A DNA stretch of 32,000 nucleotides from Candidatus Woesearchaeota archaeon (GTDB taxonomy: Archaea; Nanobdellota; Nanobdellia; Woesearchaeales; JAWAQC01). The translations under genes were made by a program, and so were the position numbers. The notes below the pieces were generated by a model, which made no database searches, was not told where the DNA came from, and was given only the letters and a program-made list of their open reading frames with translations. The first letter of the stretch is position 1; the number at the start of each line of letters is the position of its first letter. Positions 13,425 to 22,457 of the stretch are shown here, piece by piece. The stretch is from NCBI GenBank assembly GCA_046704905.1, contig JBJKRA010000018.1, positions 1 to 32,000 on the forward strand. The letters are read 5' to 3'.

Positions 13425-15403
13425 CGGTGCACCAGCTCCCGGTCGAATTCGTACTCCTTGACAGCGTCGAAGAACTCGGGTACCATGTCCTCCTCGAGAT
13501 AGCACGACGACGCCGTCGGATGTCCGCCGCCGCTCTCCACGATGCCGGCCTCTTTCATGTCTGAAAAGAACTCCCCGAGATGTATGCTCTCGCCGTAGGC
13601 GAGGTTGGCCCTTCCCGATATCTTCCTCTGATGGCCATAGGCAGGGGCGCCGGTGAAGAGGATGCCGTGGCGTCCGGGGAGCATGCCGACGTTCGCGACG
13701 ATGCCGCCGAAGACGCCGGTGAAGGGGAGGATGCTCGGGACCTTGAGCTCATCGGCGAGCGTGTCGAGCGGGAGGTAATGCATCGTCTTCGTGATATGAC
13801 GCATCATGCCCTTGTCGAAGATCATCTCCTCGACCATGCCCATGCCCTGAGAGATCGTATGCCGGTATTCGAGATGGATCTCCTTGAGCCGGGAGAAGAT
13901 GTCCTCACGATCCTGCCACTTGCCGAAACCCTCTTTTTCAAGCGCGGCGATCTCTGTCCTGGTCAAGGGGAGATCGAGATCAAGCGCGACCGCCGCGTTG
14001 AACAACGGGCCATGGCCGAGCTTGGATGTCGAGGTCATGAGGTTCGCGATCTCGGCTATCGAGAGGCCGGAAAAGACCCTCGACCCCTCCCATGCGATCA
14101 CGTACTGGCCCTTATGCAGCTGCGATAGGTAGCTTTCCCTGAATACAGGCTCGGAGAATGCGACGACGCTATTGACGTACTTGGCGAGAAGCCTGCCTCT
14201 CTGGTCGTCGGTGAGCTCGCTCATCCGGCTGTCCGGGTCGATGCCGATCGAACGGAGGAAGATGTTGGCCTTGGCCGTGCGGTCGCTTCCGCGGTGGTAA
14301 TCGTCGGTATAGTCGTCGAACACGACAGGCATGACGCCGCCGTCAGGATCGGTGAGGTAGCGGCCATCCCTGCTGTCCATAATGAGCGTCCTGTCGAGCG
14401 CGTCCTGGCTGACGGCGTTGAGCTTTCCGACCTCGTCTCCGGTGAGGTAGTCGAGATACTGCTGGTTCGTACCGGCCTTGTTGCCCGGGCCGACGGCAAG
14501 GAGGAACTTGAGCTGGCGGTAGTGCTTGTCGAGCCAACCGGAGATATTCTTTTCGTACACTCCGCCGAGCGCCTTCGCCGCTTCGGGGAAGGTCGGCGGC
14601 CGGTACTTGAGGTTGAAGGGGATGTCGCTCTCCGCCACTGCCTTCTGCAGGGGCTTTAAGAAATAGCCGTAGAGGGGACTGTCGACCCAAGAGATCATGT
14701 GCTTACGTTCGAGGTAATGGTAGAGCGCGGCGTTCGCTCCGGCGACGGACTGCTGGTCTGCCGCAGAGCCCGCGATGCCGATGACCGTCGAGTAGGTGAG
14801 GCGCTCCTCGAGACGCTTACGCTGCTTCTCGGTCGAGGGGTCGCCGGCATACATCTTGAGCAGCCTATCGCCGACAGCGTTGAAGAGGAAGGCGGTCGCA
14901 GCGCCAGCCGAGAGCTCTTTCCCCCCGTCGATGCCATGCGCGTTCGGGTTGAGATAGAAGACGCCGGAAGGCGAAGGGCGCGGCTGATGATGGTCCAGCA
15001 CGACGGTGCCTTCCGGATACAGTCCGGGAAGGTCCATGGGATCGAGGCTTCCGAGGTCGGAAAAGAGGAAATGCCCTTCCCCCCCTTCCGAAAGACGTGC
15101 GTGGATGCTCTCCAGGCTGGCCTTCGCGCCAGGATCGGTCTCTATGCCCATGACGCGCTCGGAGTCCACTTTTACGCCGTTGTTCCCGACCATGTCCGCG
15201 AGGGAGCGCATGCCGATGGTCGCGCCCGTCTCGCCGGAAAGGCCGTCGGCGTCGGCGAGATGGGAGACGGCAAAGAAGTATCGCTCAGGCCCATAGTTGA
15301 AGAGGATCTCCAGGAGGCGGTCCGCAACAGCATCTTGCAGAACATTGTACTCGTCATAGCCCTCCCCTTCGGGAAGCGGTGTGTCTATGCCCTTTCCTCC
15401 CAT
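13421..15403 (-). CDS. DHH/DHHA1-family phosphoesterase (RecJ/Cdc45-like) with a large central insertion
   Basis: The DHH motifs are SHLADADGLSG (DxD), FSDLGS, VLDHHQP (DHH) and the DHHA1 GGGHPTASS. At 660 aa it is longer than typical family members. Confidence 0.75.
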   Translation of the reverse strand: MGGKGIDTPLPEGEGYDEYNVLQDAVADRLLEILFNYGPERYFFAVSHLADADGLSGETGATIGMRSLADMVGNNGVKVDSERVMGIETDPGAKASLESIHARLSEGGEGHFLFSDLGSLDPMDLPGLYPEGTVVLDHHQPRPSPSGVFYLNPNAHGIDGGKELSAGAATAFLFNAVGDRLLKMYAGDPSTEKQRKRLEERLTYSTVIGIAGSAADQQSVAGANAALYHYLERKHMISWVDSPLYGYFLKPLQKAVAESDIPFNLKYRPPTFPEAAKALGGVYEKNISGWLDKHYRQLKFLLAVGPGNKAGTNQQYLDYLTGDEVGKLNAVSQDALDRTLIMDSRDGRYLTDPDGGVMPVVFDDYTDDYHRGSDRTAKANIFLRSIGIDPDSRMSELTDDQRGRLLAKYVNSVVAFSEPVFRESYLSQLHKGQYVIAWEGSRVFSGLSIAEIANLMTSTSKLGHGPLFNAAVALDLDLPLTRTEIAALEKEGFGKWQDREDIFSRLKEIHLEYRHTISQGMGMVEEMIFDKGMMRHITKTMHYLPLDTLADELKVPSILPFTGVFGGIVANVGMLPGRHGILFTGAPAYGHQRKISGRANLAYGESIHLGEFFSDMKEAGIVESGGGHPTASSCYLEEDMVPEFFDAVKEYEFDRELVHR

Positions 15404-15537
15404 CGCTGCCGGGAACCGGAGTCCCCACCCCCGCTATCACTCCTTGCGAGGAGGTATGCACTATAAAAAGATTCTGCTTTTCGGAAGGGATAATGGCATG
15501 CGTACTAATGGTTGGAGACCATAGATCGGGGTCCTGC

Positions 15538-16284
15538 TCATAAGCCGGTCGGATCGTCGAAGAAGGAGACCGCTACGCCGAACTTCCTCTTCAGGTGCGC
15601 GCCCAGGGCCTGGACGCCGAAGACCTCGGTCGCGTAATGGCCTGCGCAGACGAGGTTGAAGGAGAGGTCCCTGGCCGTGACCGCAGCGGTGTGCGAGGTC
15701 TCGCCGGTAAGCAGGGTATCGTAGCCTTTGGCTTTCGCCTCGGCAAGGAAGGACGCCCCGCCTCCGGAGACGATGGCGACCTTCTTTACCGGATGGGGAA
15801 GGTAAGCGTAAGGGGCTTTCGCGATGCGCTTTTCGACCAGCGAAAGGAAGGCATCAGGTTTCAAGGCTTTAGGCAGCGTTCCGGCAAGCCCCCAGGAGAG
15901 ACCCCTGTCCTCGCCGAAAGGCGCCACGCCCTTGAGGCCGAGCAGCCTCGTCATCACCGCGTTGTTCCCGACGACGGGATGCGCGTCCAGGGGAGCGTGC
16001 GCGGCGTAGAGGCCGATCCCGCTGTCGAGGAGGACCTTGAGGATCGCGTAGTTCCTGCCGGTGAGGTAGGCGAGGGAGTCCCGGAAGCTTATGCCGTGGT
16101 GGACGAGGAGGAGGTCGGCCTTCGCATCGGCGGCATGCTTTGCAGCGGCGACAGTAGCGTCGACCGCCGTGACGATCCGTCTTACAGGACGCCGCGCCTC
16201 GACCTGCAGGCCGTTGTGCGAGGGGTCGGCGAGGAAAGCGGAGAGACGGAGATACGCGTCCAGATAGCCGGCAATCCCTCTCAT
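15538..16284 (-). CDS. NIF3/YbgI family protein (GTP cyclohydrolase 1 type 2 homolog)
   Basis: NGLQV, LLLVHHG, LYAAHAPLD and CAGHYATE are NIF3 family hallmarks. The start is set at MRGIAGYL (ATG 16284), which forms an ATGA overlap with the GT2 stop. Confidence 0.8.
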   Translation of the reverse strand: MRGIAGYLDAYLRLSAFLADPSHNGLQVEARRPVRRIVTAVDATVAAAKHAADAKADLLLVHHGISFRDSLAYLTGRNYAILKVLLDSGIGLYAAHAPLDAHPVVGNNAVMTRLLGLKGVAPFGEDRGLSWGLAGTLPKALKPDAFLSLVEKRIAKAPYAYLPHPVKKVAIVSGGGASFLAEAKAKGYDTLLTGETSHTAAVTARDLSFNLVCAGHYATEVFGVQALGAHLKRKFGVAVSFFDDPTGL

Positions 16285-16946
16285 CGGAATTTCCATACGA
16301 CCATGTCGAAGACGATCTTCATCCCGTCGGTGATGGTCGTCCCCTTATAGCGGTCGTTGTAGATGGTCTCGATGGGGAGGACTGCATACCTGAGCCGGTG
16401 CCTGCCAACGTTCGCGATGATCTCGGACTCCACGCTGTAGTCGGTCGCATCCCATCGGATCTTAGGGTAGGCGGACGCGAGGAACGCGCGGTAGCCCGAC
16501 TGGCTGTCCGGTATCCTCACTCCGTAGAGGACGCGGATGGCGAGATTGAGGACGGCGTTGCCTACGCGGAAGAGGAGGGGCATGCGCCTGTCGAGGCGCC
16601 GGCAGCCGAAGACGATGTCGGCATCGGACAGCTTCCCGAGCATGCGGGGGATGTCCTCAGGCCGGTGCTGCAGGTCTGCGTCGAGGAAGACGATGCGCCC
16701 TGCCTTGAGCTCGTTGACCGCGAACTCCGTGCCGGTCTTGAGCGCCGCGCCCTTGCCCATGTTGATGACATGGGAGAGCAGGCGGATCTCGGGGTGGCGC
16801 CGCATGACCTCCTCCACCACCTCTTTCGTGCGGTCGCTCGAGCCGTCGTTCACGACGACGACAGAGGAGCAGTACTGCAGGGCCCCCAGGAGCACCTTCC
16901 TTATCGTGTACTCCTCATTGTACGCAGGCACCACCACGACATCCAT
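16281..16946 (-). CDS. GT2-family glycosyltransferase (dolichyl-phosphate hexose synthase-like)
   Basis: MDVVVVPAYNEE, VVVNDGSSD, FLDADLQH (the DxD region) and PDSQSGYRAF are typical GT-A GT2 features. The start is set at ATG 16946, 14 nt after the aglB stop and behind a GGTGAAGG SD. The track ORF's N-terminal 148 aa overlap aglB out of frame. Confidence 0.85.
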   Translation of the reverse strand: MDVVVVPAYNEEYTIRKVLLGALQYCSSVVVVNDGSSDRTKEVVEEVMRRHPEIRLLSHVINMGKGAALKTGTEFAVNELKAGRIVFLDADLQHRPEDIPRMLGKLSDADIVFGCRRLDRRMPLLFRVGNAVLNLAIRVLYGVRIPDSQSGYRAFLASAYPKIRWDATDYSVESEIIANVGRHRLRYAVLPIETIYNDRYKGTTITDGMKIVFDMVVWKFR

Positions 16947-16960
16947 GCCGCCTTCACCAT

Positions 16961-19819
16961 TCAATGGTCCCACCAGGAGAGGGTCTCGTTCCAGTCCAGC
17001 TTGTAGAGGTAGATGTTCGTGCCGTCCACTGCCGTCGTGTGCTTGAGCAGCTTGAAGTACTTGAGGCCCGCGCCCTGGAAGAAGAACATCCTGGTGAAGA
17101 TGGAGTCCGCGAGGTCCGGATCGGACATCTGCAGCATGTAGCTGCCCTGGTCCTGGTAGAGGATCGCACCGGTCGCCGGCGTGAGGAGACGCGAGGCCAT
17201 GACCTTCTTCTCGACGGTACCGTTCTTTTCGTAGGTGAAGACCTGCGGATAGAGCATGCCGTTCGTCGTCAGGGCGTACGCGGTCATGGTGGTCATGTTC
17301 ACGAGGATGCCGTTGCTGCAGGTGAGCAGGTCCCCTGACCCGGTGCAGCTCGCCGGCGAGCCCAGGTAGCCCGGCCATGGCGCTATCCACTGGTCGCCGG
17401 AGGTGTTCTTTATCGCGTCATAGGTGGTCTCGGCGTCAGGCAGGGTGTAGTTGTACTGCTGCATGAGGATGTTGACGCCTACCTGCTTGTTCGCGCTGTT
17501 GTCGACCTTGTTGTAGATGTCCGCCCGCGTGAAGTTCCAGATGCCGAAGTGCGCCCATACCGGAGCCTTGCCTATCATGTCCTGCGACGCTATGAAGAAC
17601 TGGTCGTAGAGGTCCGTGCAGTGCGTGTAGTTGAGCACCTGGTCAGCCGTGGCCTTCGATATGTTGTCTGCGGCAAGGGTCGCTGCGGCCTGCGAGCGCG
17701 ACTGGTAGATGATCTTCTGCACGATTGTGACCGCCCTGTAGCTGTTGTTGTTCGTCGCGTTGTAGAGCACGTTGTAGGCCTGGTTCTGCCCGCAGTTGAG
17801 CATCCGCAGGATGTCGACGGCCTTGGTCTCGTTGTTCGTGAGGAGCACTTCCCCTACCCAGTGTATGCGGTTGCCCTGGTCGCCTCCGTCGAAGGTGACG
17901 GACTTCCCTGTCATGGAGTAGAACCAGTGGCCGAAGTCCCACCACGAGGTGATGATCGCGTTGTTCGGATCCGCCTTGATGACGCTGAGCGTATTGTACC
18001 ATGCGTCGTTGAAGCTCGGGACGAGGTTCGTCGCCTGGTTCCAGCCCTGCACCATGGGCGCGGGCACGTAGAGGATGAGGAAGAGCAGCACGATCACCCC
18101 GGCGATCTTGAGGAGACGCGGATCGATGTTGAGCGGGCCTCCGAGCATGCCTGAGAGCTCGAGCAGCTTCTCTGCCGCGATGCCGATCGCCATCGCCACG
18201 TAGAGGATGTGGAGCGCGGTGAAGCGTGTCCCGTTCATCGCGGCATACAGGGTGCCTGCGAAGAAGATGGTGATGAGGAGCGGGAAGAAGAGGTCGGCAT
18301 GGTAGTCCTTGCGTATGTAGGTGAGGACGAACGCCGCGAGCAGCGGGAGCATCAGCAGGAAGAGGTAGACGAACGTGCTCCCGAGTACCATGTGCTGGAC
18401 GCCTGCGATGAGGCCGTTCGTCGACTTCGTCATGGTGAAGAAGAGGAGGATGCCGTACCACGCCGCGACGATGCCGGCGAACCAGTACTCTATCCTCGTC
18501 GCCTCCTTCTTGAAGGTGAGGTAGCTCGCGGCAATCCCCAGGAAGGCGAAGAGGTAGAGCAGCGTCCCGCCGCTGGCCGCGACGACGCTCGCGACGTTTC
18601 CTGTCCCGAGCTCGGCGACCGTGGTCAGGACGTTCGGCCAGATGGTGGTCACGCCGACCGCCTGGTACTGGATGAACCAGAAGGGTGCGACGTAGGAGGC
18701 GAAATAGTCCTTGAGCACACCGAAGGCAGTCTGGTCGGGGATGAGGAACCCGATGAACGCGATGAAGACGACGCTCGAGAGGAAGTAGGAGCCGAGCACC
18801 GAGAGGACATGACGCATGTCCTTTCCTGCGAAGAACCCTTCCATCTTCTTATGCAGGGCGAAATGGCGCACGGCCAGGTAGACGACATAGCCCAGGATCG
18901 CCCCGATGATGAAGAGGTTGGTGTACCAGAACCCTGTCCAGAGGAACATGTAGACCGCTATCGAAAGACCGGAGAGGGCCGCATAGAGCTTCGTCTTCCA
19001 GGGGCTATCGGCATGCCATGCCTCGACGAGCAGCCAGAGGATGAGCAGGGGCATGATGAAGTTGTACTGGTCGTTGTCGTAGAAGCCCGCAGAGGTACGG
19101 AAGATCACGGACTGTGCGACGGCGAGGAGCATGGCGGCGGTAAAGCCGCCGAGGCTTCCGCCCGAGAGCCTCCTGCCCAGGAAGAAGGCAGGGATCATGG
19201 CGAGCATGGAGAGGATCGCAGGGTAGAAGAACATCGAGCGCATCAGCGGCGTGCCGGGGTAGAAGAGGTTGACGAGCTTGTCCCACTCTGCGGCGATGAA
19301 GGGGATGAGGCGGAAGCCGGCAGACTGCCCCAAGCGGCCATTGCGCTGTGTGACATAGGGCTGCCCGTTGATGATCTTGTCGCCGGCGGTCCCCGTCTTG
19401 AGATAGTTCTGGGCGTAGTAGTACTGGAGATAGGGGTCGATGCCGAGCAGGTAGGTGGTATTGTCGGGGCCCTTGTAGTGCGACTTGAGGCTGTCGGCGA
19501 CCGTCGCGATCTCGCTGTCGATCTGGGCCTTGTTCTGCGAGACGTACTGCTGCAGCTGCTGGTTGACGAGGCTCGTCTGCTGCGCGGCGGGGAGATAGGC
19601 GTACTTCTGGGCCACCTGCTGCTGGAGCTGGGACTGGTAGAAGCCGAGCACCTGCTTGGTCGCATAGGTGTTCATGGCAGGCAGGTTGTTCGCCTGCACA
19701 CGGTACTGGTACGCTACGGTCATGACGCTGAGTATGAGCAGCGCGATCAGGATGCCCTTGACGAGCGGTTTCTTGCATGTGCCGTAGATCTTGTCCATGT
19801 CCATGACGGTCAGCCTCAT
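16961..19819 (-). CDS. aglB: Archaeal oligosaccharyltransferase AglB (STT3 family)
   Basis: 952 aa and multi-TM. The SWWDFGHW motif corresponds to WWDYG, and GIDPYLQYYY to the first-loop acidic motif. The start ATG overlaps the rnz stop (ATGA at 19816-19819). Confidence 0.9.
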   Translation of the reverse strand: MRLTVMDMDKIYGTCKKPLVKGILIALLILSVMTVAYQYRVQANNLPAMNTYATKQVLGFYQSQLQQQVAQKYAYLPAAQQTSLVNQQLQQYVSQNKAQIDSEIATVADSLKSHYKGPDNTTYLLGIDPYLQYYYAQNYLKTGTAGDKIINGQPYVTQRNGRLGQSAGFRLIPFIAAEWDKLVNLFYPGTPLMRSMFFYPAILSMLAMIPAFFLGRRLSGGSLGGFTAAMLLAVAQSVIFRTSAGFYDNDQYNFIMPLLILWLLVEAWHADSPWKTKLYAALSGLSIAVYMFLWTGFWYTNLFIIGAILGYVVYLAVRHFALHKKMEGFFAGKDMRHVLSVLGSYFLSSVVFIAFIGFLIPDQTAFGVLKDYFASYVAPFWFIQYQAVGVTTIWPNVLTTVAELGTGNVASVVAASGGTLLYLFAFLGIAASYLTFKKEATRIEYWFAGIVAAWYGILLFFTMTKSTNGLIAGVQHMVLGSTFVYLFLLMLPLLAAFVLTYIRKDYHADLFFPLLITIFFAGTLYAAMNGTRFTALHILYVAMAIGIAAEKLLELSGMLGGPLNIDPRLLKIAGVIVLLFLILYVPAPMVQGWNQATNLVPSFNDAWYNTLSVIKADPNNAIITSWWDFGHWFYSMTGKSVTFDGGDQGNRIHWVGEVLLTNNETKAVDILRMLNCGQNQAYNVLYNATNNNSYRAVTIVQKIIYQSRSQAAATLAADNISKATADQVLNYTHCTDLYDQFFIASQDMIGKAPVWAHFGIWNFTRADIYNKVDNSANKQVGVNILMQQYNYTLPDAETTYDAIKNTSGDQWIAPWPGYLGSPASCTGSGDLLTCSNGILVNMTTMTAYALTTNGMLYPQVFTYEKNGTVEKKVMASRLLTPATGAILYQDQGSYMLQMSDPDLADSIFTRMFFFQGAGLKYFKLLKHTTAVDGTNIYLYKLDWNETLSWWDH

Positions 19820-20706
19820 ACCTTGAGTCTCATGAAATCGTACGCAGCGATCGTTTCAGGGAAGATGCCCCGCGCCTCGGCGACCAGCGCGTCGACCTCC
19901 TTGTAGCGCGAGGAGAAGTGGGTCAGCACGAGGCGCCTCGCGCCGGCCTCTGCCGCCGCACGGGCGGCCTGCGATGCTGTCAGGTGCTGGTGCTCTGCTG
20001 CCTTGTCCTCCAGATCCCCCCCATAGGTCGATTCGCAGACGAGGAGGTCAACGTCCTTGCCCACCTTTAATAAGTTTTGTGAAATCGCGGTATCGGCGAT
20101 GATGCCGAGTCGCCTGCCCGGGACGACCTTCGAGACCTCGTCAGGGAGGACCTTCCTCTTCTTGTGCGTGACGGGCTTCCCCCGCTGCAGCAGCCCTATC
20201 GCCTCGCCTGCGATGCCGAGCTTCCTGACCGCAGCGGCGTCGATCTTACGCCTGTCCTGCTCCTTCACCAGGAAACCGTAGGAGTCGATCCCATGCACTA
20301 GGAGATACGCCGAGACGGCGATATCCTCCTTCCTCAACACCGGCCCGTCCTTCTCGATCTCCTTGATCTCGAGAGCTATCTCCTTATCGAAGATGTAGGC
20401 GTCGAAGAGGTGGCCGAGGCGCTCCTTCGTCCCCTTCGGGCCGATGATGTGGAGCCTGCCCTGGTAGCCCTGCGCGGCCATGGTCTGGATGAGACCGGGA
20501 AGGCCGAGCACGTGGTCGCCGTGCCAGTGCGAGATGAAGACTGCGGCGATCTTCTGCAGGCGGAGATTTGCGATGCGCAGCTGGCGCTGGGTGCCCTCGC
20601 CGCAGTCGAAGAGGAAGGCGAACCTGCCGAAGTCCACATGCAATGCCGTGTGGTTGCGGTCCCTTGTCGGGACCATAGAGGAGGTGCCTAGGAAGGTGAG
20701 CTCCAT
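19816..20706 (-). CDS. rnz: Ribonuclease Z (tRNA 3' endonuclease, metallo-beta-lactamase fold)
   Basis: MELTFLGTSS, FDCGEGTQ, ISHWHGDH (HxHxDH) and LTHFSSRY are present. The start is set at ATG 20706, with GGAGGT beginning 14 nt upstream of the ATG (8-nt spacer between motif and ATG). Confidence 0.85.
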   Translation of the reverse strand: MELTFLGTSSMVPTRDRNHTALHVDFGRFAFLFDCGEGTQRQLRIANLRLQKIAAVFISHWHGDHVLGLPGLIQTMAAQGYQGRLHIIGPKGTKERLGHLFDAYIFDKEIALEIKEIEKDGPVLRKEDIAVSAYLLVHGIDSYGFLVKEQDRRKIDAAAVRKLGIAGEAIGLLQRGKPVTHKKRKVLPDEVSKVVPGRRLGIIADTAISQNLLKVGKDVDLLVCESTYGGDLEDKAAEHQHLTASQAARAAAEAGARRLVLTHFSSRYKEVDALVAEARGIFPETIAAYDFMRLKV

Positions 20707-20711
20707 CCGCC

Positions 20712-20981
20712 CTACCTCCACTGCGCATGGCCGAAATGGACGAGCAGGTCGAAGTTGAGCCTCTCCAGGCCAAGGGGCATGTCGCAGGAACCGTAGTCCG
20801 TGTTGAGCCAGACGTAGAAGAGGGTGTCTGGGAAGCGCTCCCTGAGGGGCGCAAGGATCCTCGATGAGCTGTACTTGAAGCCGTCCGGCAGCTGGAGGAG
20901 GACGCGTCTGGGCCTCTCCTCCCCTATCTGGGCGATGAGGCCAGACAGGTCCAGATCGTAGTTGTCTATGGTGACTTCCAT
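20712..20981 (-). CDS. dph2: Dph2-like N-terminal fragment of about 89 aa (diphthamide synthase remnant or split piece; possibly a pseudogene)
   Basis: RRVLLQLPDGFKYSS...TDYGSCDMP...FDLLVHFGHA aligns with the first roughly 85 aa of archaeal Dph2 (RVLIQSPEGL...NYGACD...DALIHLGHS). The ORF ends there (TAG 20712-20714), 5 nt before rnz. Confidence 0.55.
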   Translation of the reverse strand: MEVTIDNYDLDLSGLIAQIGEERPRRVLLQLPDGFKYSSSRILAPLRERFPDTLFYVWLNTDYGSCDMPLGLERLNFDLLVHFGHAQWR

Positions 20982-21113
20982 CTTCCCCCTATAAAAGAGC
21001 AATCGCGGGGGCTATAAAAAGCTTGTTGTTTTTGGTTCCTGTCCAATATAAAAGGGAGGCGCCAGGGCAGGAGCCGATGTACGCCCTTCTTCCAACGAAG
21101 TCCCTGACGCCGT

Positions 21114-22334
21114 CTAGATGATAGAGTAGAAGCCTGCAGCCGCCTTGAAATAGGTTTTCCCCTTCCCGAGGACTTTCCCGATGATGGCCTCCACGCTGTC
21201 GAGCTGGTGGGCCCGGGAGAGATGCCTGGACACGTAAGCTTCAGCCCGGTCCGTCATCCTGCCGAGCGCGTCCGGAGACATGGAAAGGATTTCCATAGTC
21301 TTTCCAGCAAGGTCTCCGATGTTTCCCATCGAGAAGGTGAACCCGTATTTCCCCTGCGCCGTCTGCTCCAGCCCTGCGGGCATGTCGGAGATGAGGAGGG
21401 GAAGACCGATGGCCTGCGCTTCGGCCCCCACCCGTGGATAGCCTTCCGATTCCGATGCTAGGACGAAGAGGTCGCTTATGAGCATATGCTTGGGCATTTC
21501 GCTATAAGGCACTTTGCCCGGTACCCTGAAATGGGATGCGTATGGCGATTGGCCAATCGTCTCCTTAAGGAGCGCCGTTTCAGGACCCTCACCTACTATC
21601 AGGTAGAAGACATTGGGCATCTCAGCGATCACATGCTCTGCCGATGCGGCGATATCCGTTACCCTCTTGACCGGATAATGGTTGGACGCGTGCATGACAA
21701 CTTTTGCATCTGCAGGTATTTCGAGCCCGGCGCGCAGCGTCGAGAGCTCTTCCTGGCTGTACGAAGTGTTGAACAAGGAAAAATCCACACCGTTGTAGAC
21801 AGTCGTTATATCGCTTTTCGGTATTCCATACGCGATCATGAGCTGCCGAAAATGCTCGGCTACTACGATGACGTGATCCGCGTCCCGGATATTATCCAGG
21901 AATTCGACAGTCTTTTCCGGAGTGAAGATGCCCTGGGCAAGCGCTCTCGTAGGCGTCCCATGGAGATACTGTATCGTCGGGAGGTCCAGTCCCCTGGCTG
22001 CCATGCGATACCATGACCAGGAATCGTGCCCGAGGATGACGGCATCGGGTCTGTTCCTCTCCAGCTGTTCTGCGACGAAAGCGTTAACAGTGGCTGTCTG
22101 CTCCGGGGCTGGGGGTATTCCTCCATAACCGAAGGTGTAGGGAACACGGGTTACCGGTATCCCCATATCCTTTTCTGATATGAGGTCATATTCCTTATCC
22201 CCGTCGTAGGGCTGGGAGATGACGATTACCTCATGCCCCCTTCGTTTGAGGCCAGAAGCGAGTTCCGCGTTGGCGAACTCTGAACCCCCCAGCGAGGGGA
22301 GATATGAAGTGAGGAAAGCAATCTTCTCCGCCAT
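21114..22334 (-). CDS. GT4-family glycosyltransferase
   Basis: The N-terminus LTSYLPSLGGSEFANAELASGLKRRGHEV and the C-terminal ASESEGYPRVGAEAQAIGLPLLISD (E-x7-E region) fit GT4. The start is set at MAEKIAFL, because the TATA-like GTCTTATATGG lies about 27 nt upstream of ATG 22334. Confidence 0.8.
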   Translation of the reverse strand: MAEKIAFLTSYLPSLGGSEFANAELASGLKRRGHEVIVISQPYDGDKEYDLISEKDMGIPVTRVPYTFGYGGIPPAPEQTATVNAFVAEQLERNRPDAVILGHDSWSWYRMAARGLDLPTIQYLHGTPTRALAQGIFTPEKTVEFLDNIRDADHVIVVAEHFRQLMIAYGIPKSDITTVYNGVDFSLFNTSYSQEELSTLRAGLEIPADAKVVMHASNHYPVKRVTDIAASAEHVIAEMPNVFYLIVGEGPETALLKETIGQSPYASHFRVPGKVPYSEMPKHMLISDLFVLASESEGYPRVGAEAQAIGLPLLISDMPAGLEQTAQGKYGFTFSMGNIGDLAGKTMEILSMSPDALGRMTDRAEAYVSRHLSRAHQLDSVEAIIGKVLGKGKTYFKAAAGFYSII

Positions 22335-22457
22335 GGAAAAGGACATCGGCGCAGGCCATATAAGACGTGGCATATCCTTTTTTGTAGTTCTTTCGCAGAG
22401 GCTATGAGGAAGGAAAAATAGATAAGGTCCCGGACGTGTCCCCTATCCGCACATACG

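Noticed and set aside
16947-17390. The N-terminal 148 aa of track ORF 16281..17390 (the GT2 extension).
   Set aside because: It overlaps the aglB C-terminus out of frame. GT2 enzymes start with the (V)VVPAYNE strand, exactly at ATG 16946 behind an SD.
18209-19906. A 565-aa plus-strand ORF opposite aglB. The minus-strand out-of-frame ORFs 17643..18461 and 19005..19778 are similar cases.
   Set aside because: It is the antisense or an alternate frame of a well-supported multi-TM STT3 gene. Its acidic/Arg-rich composition is implausible for a real protein.
21003-21113. A possible small RNA or 14-aa micro-ORF (ATG 21077) in the 110-nt GT4/dph2 intergenic spacer.
   Set aside because: I could see no conserved structure, and the ORF is too short with no supporting context. 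The region is adequately explained by the dph2-fragment promoter (TATA boxes) and the GT4 3' end.
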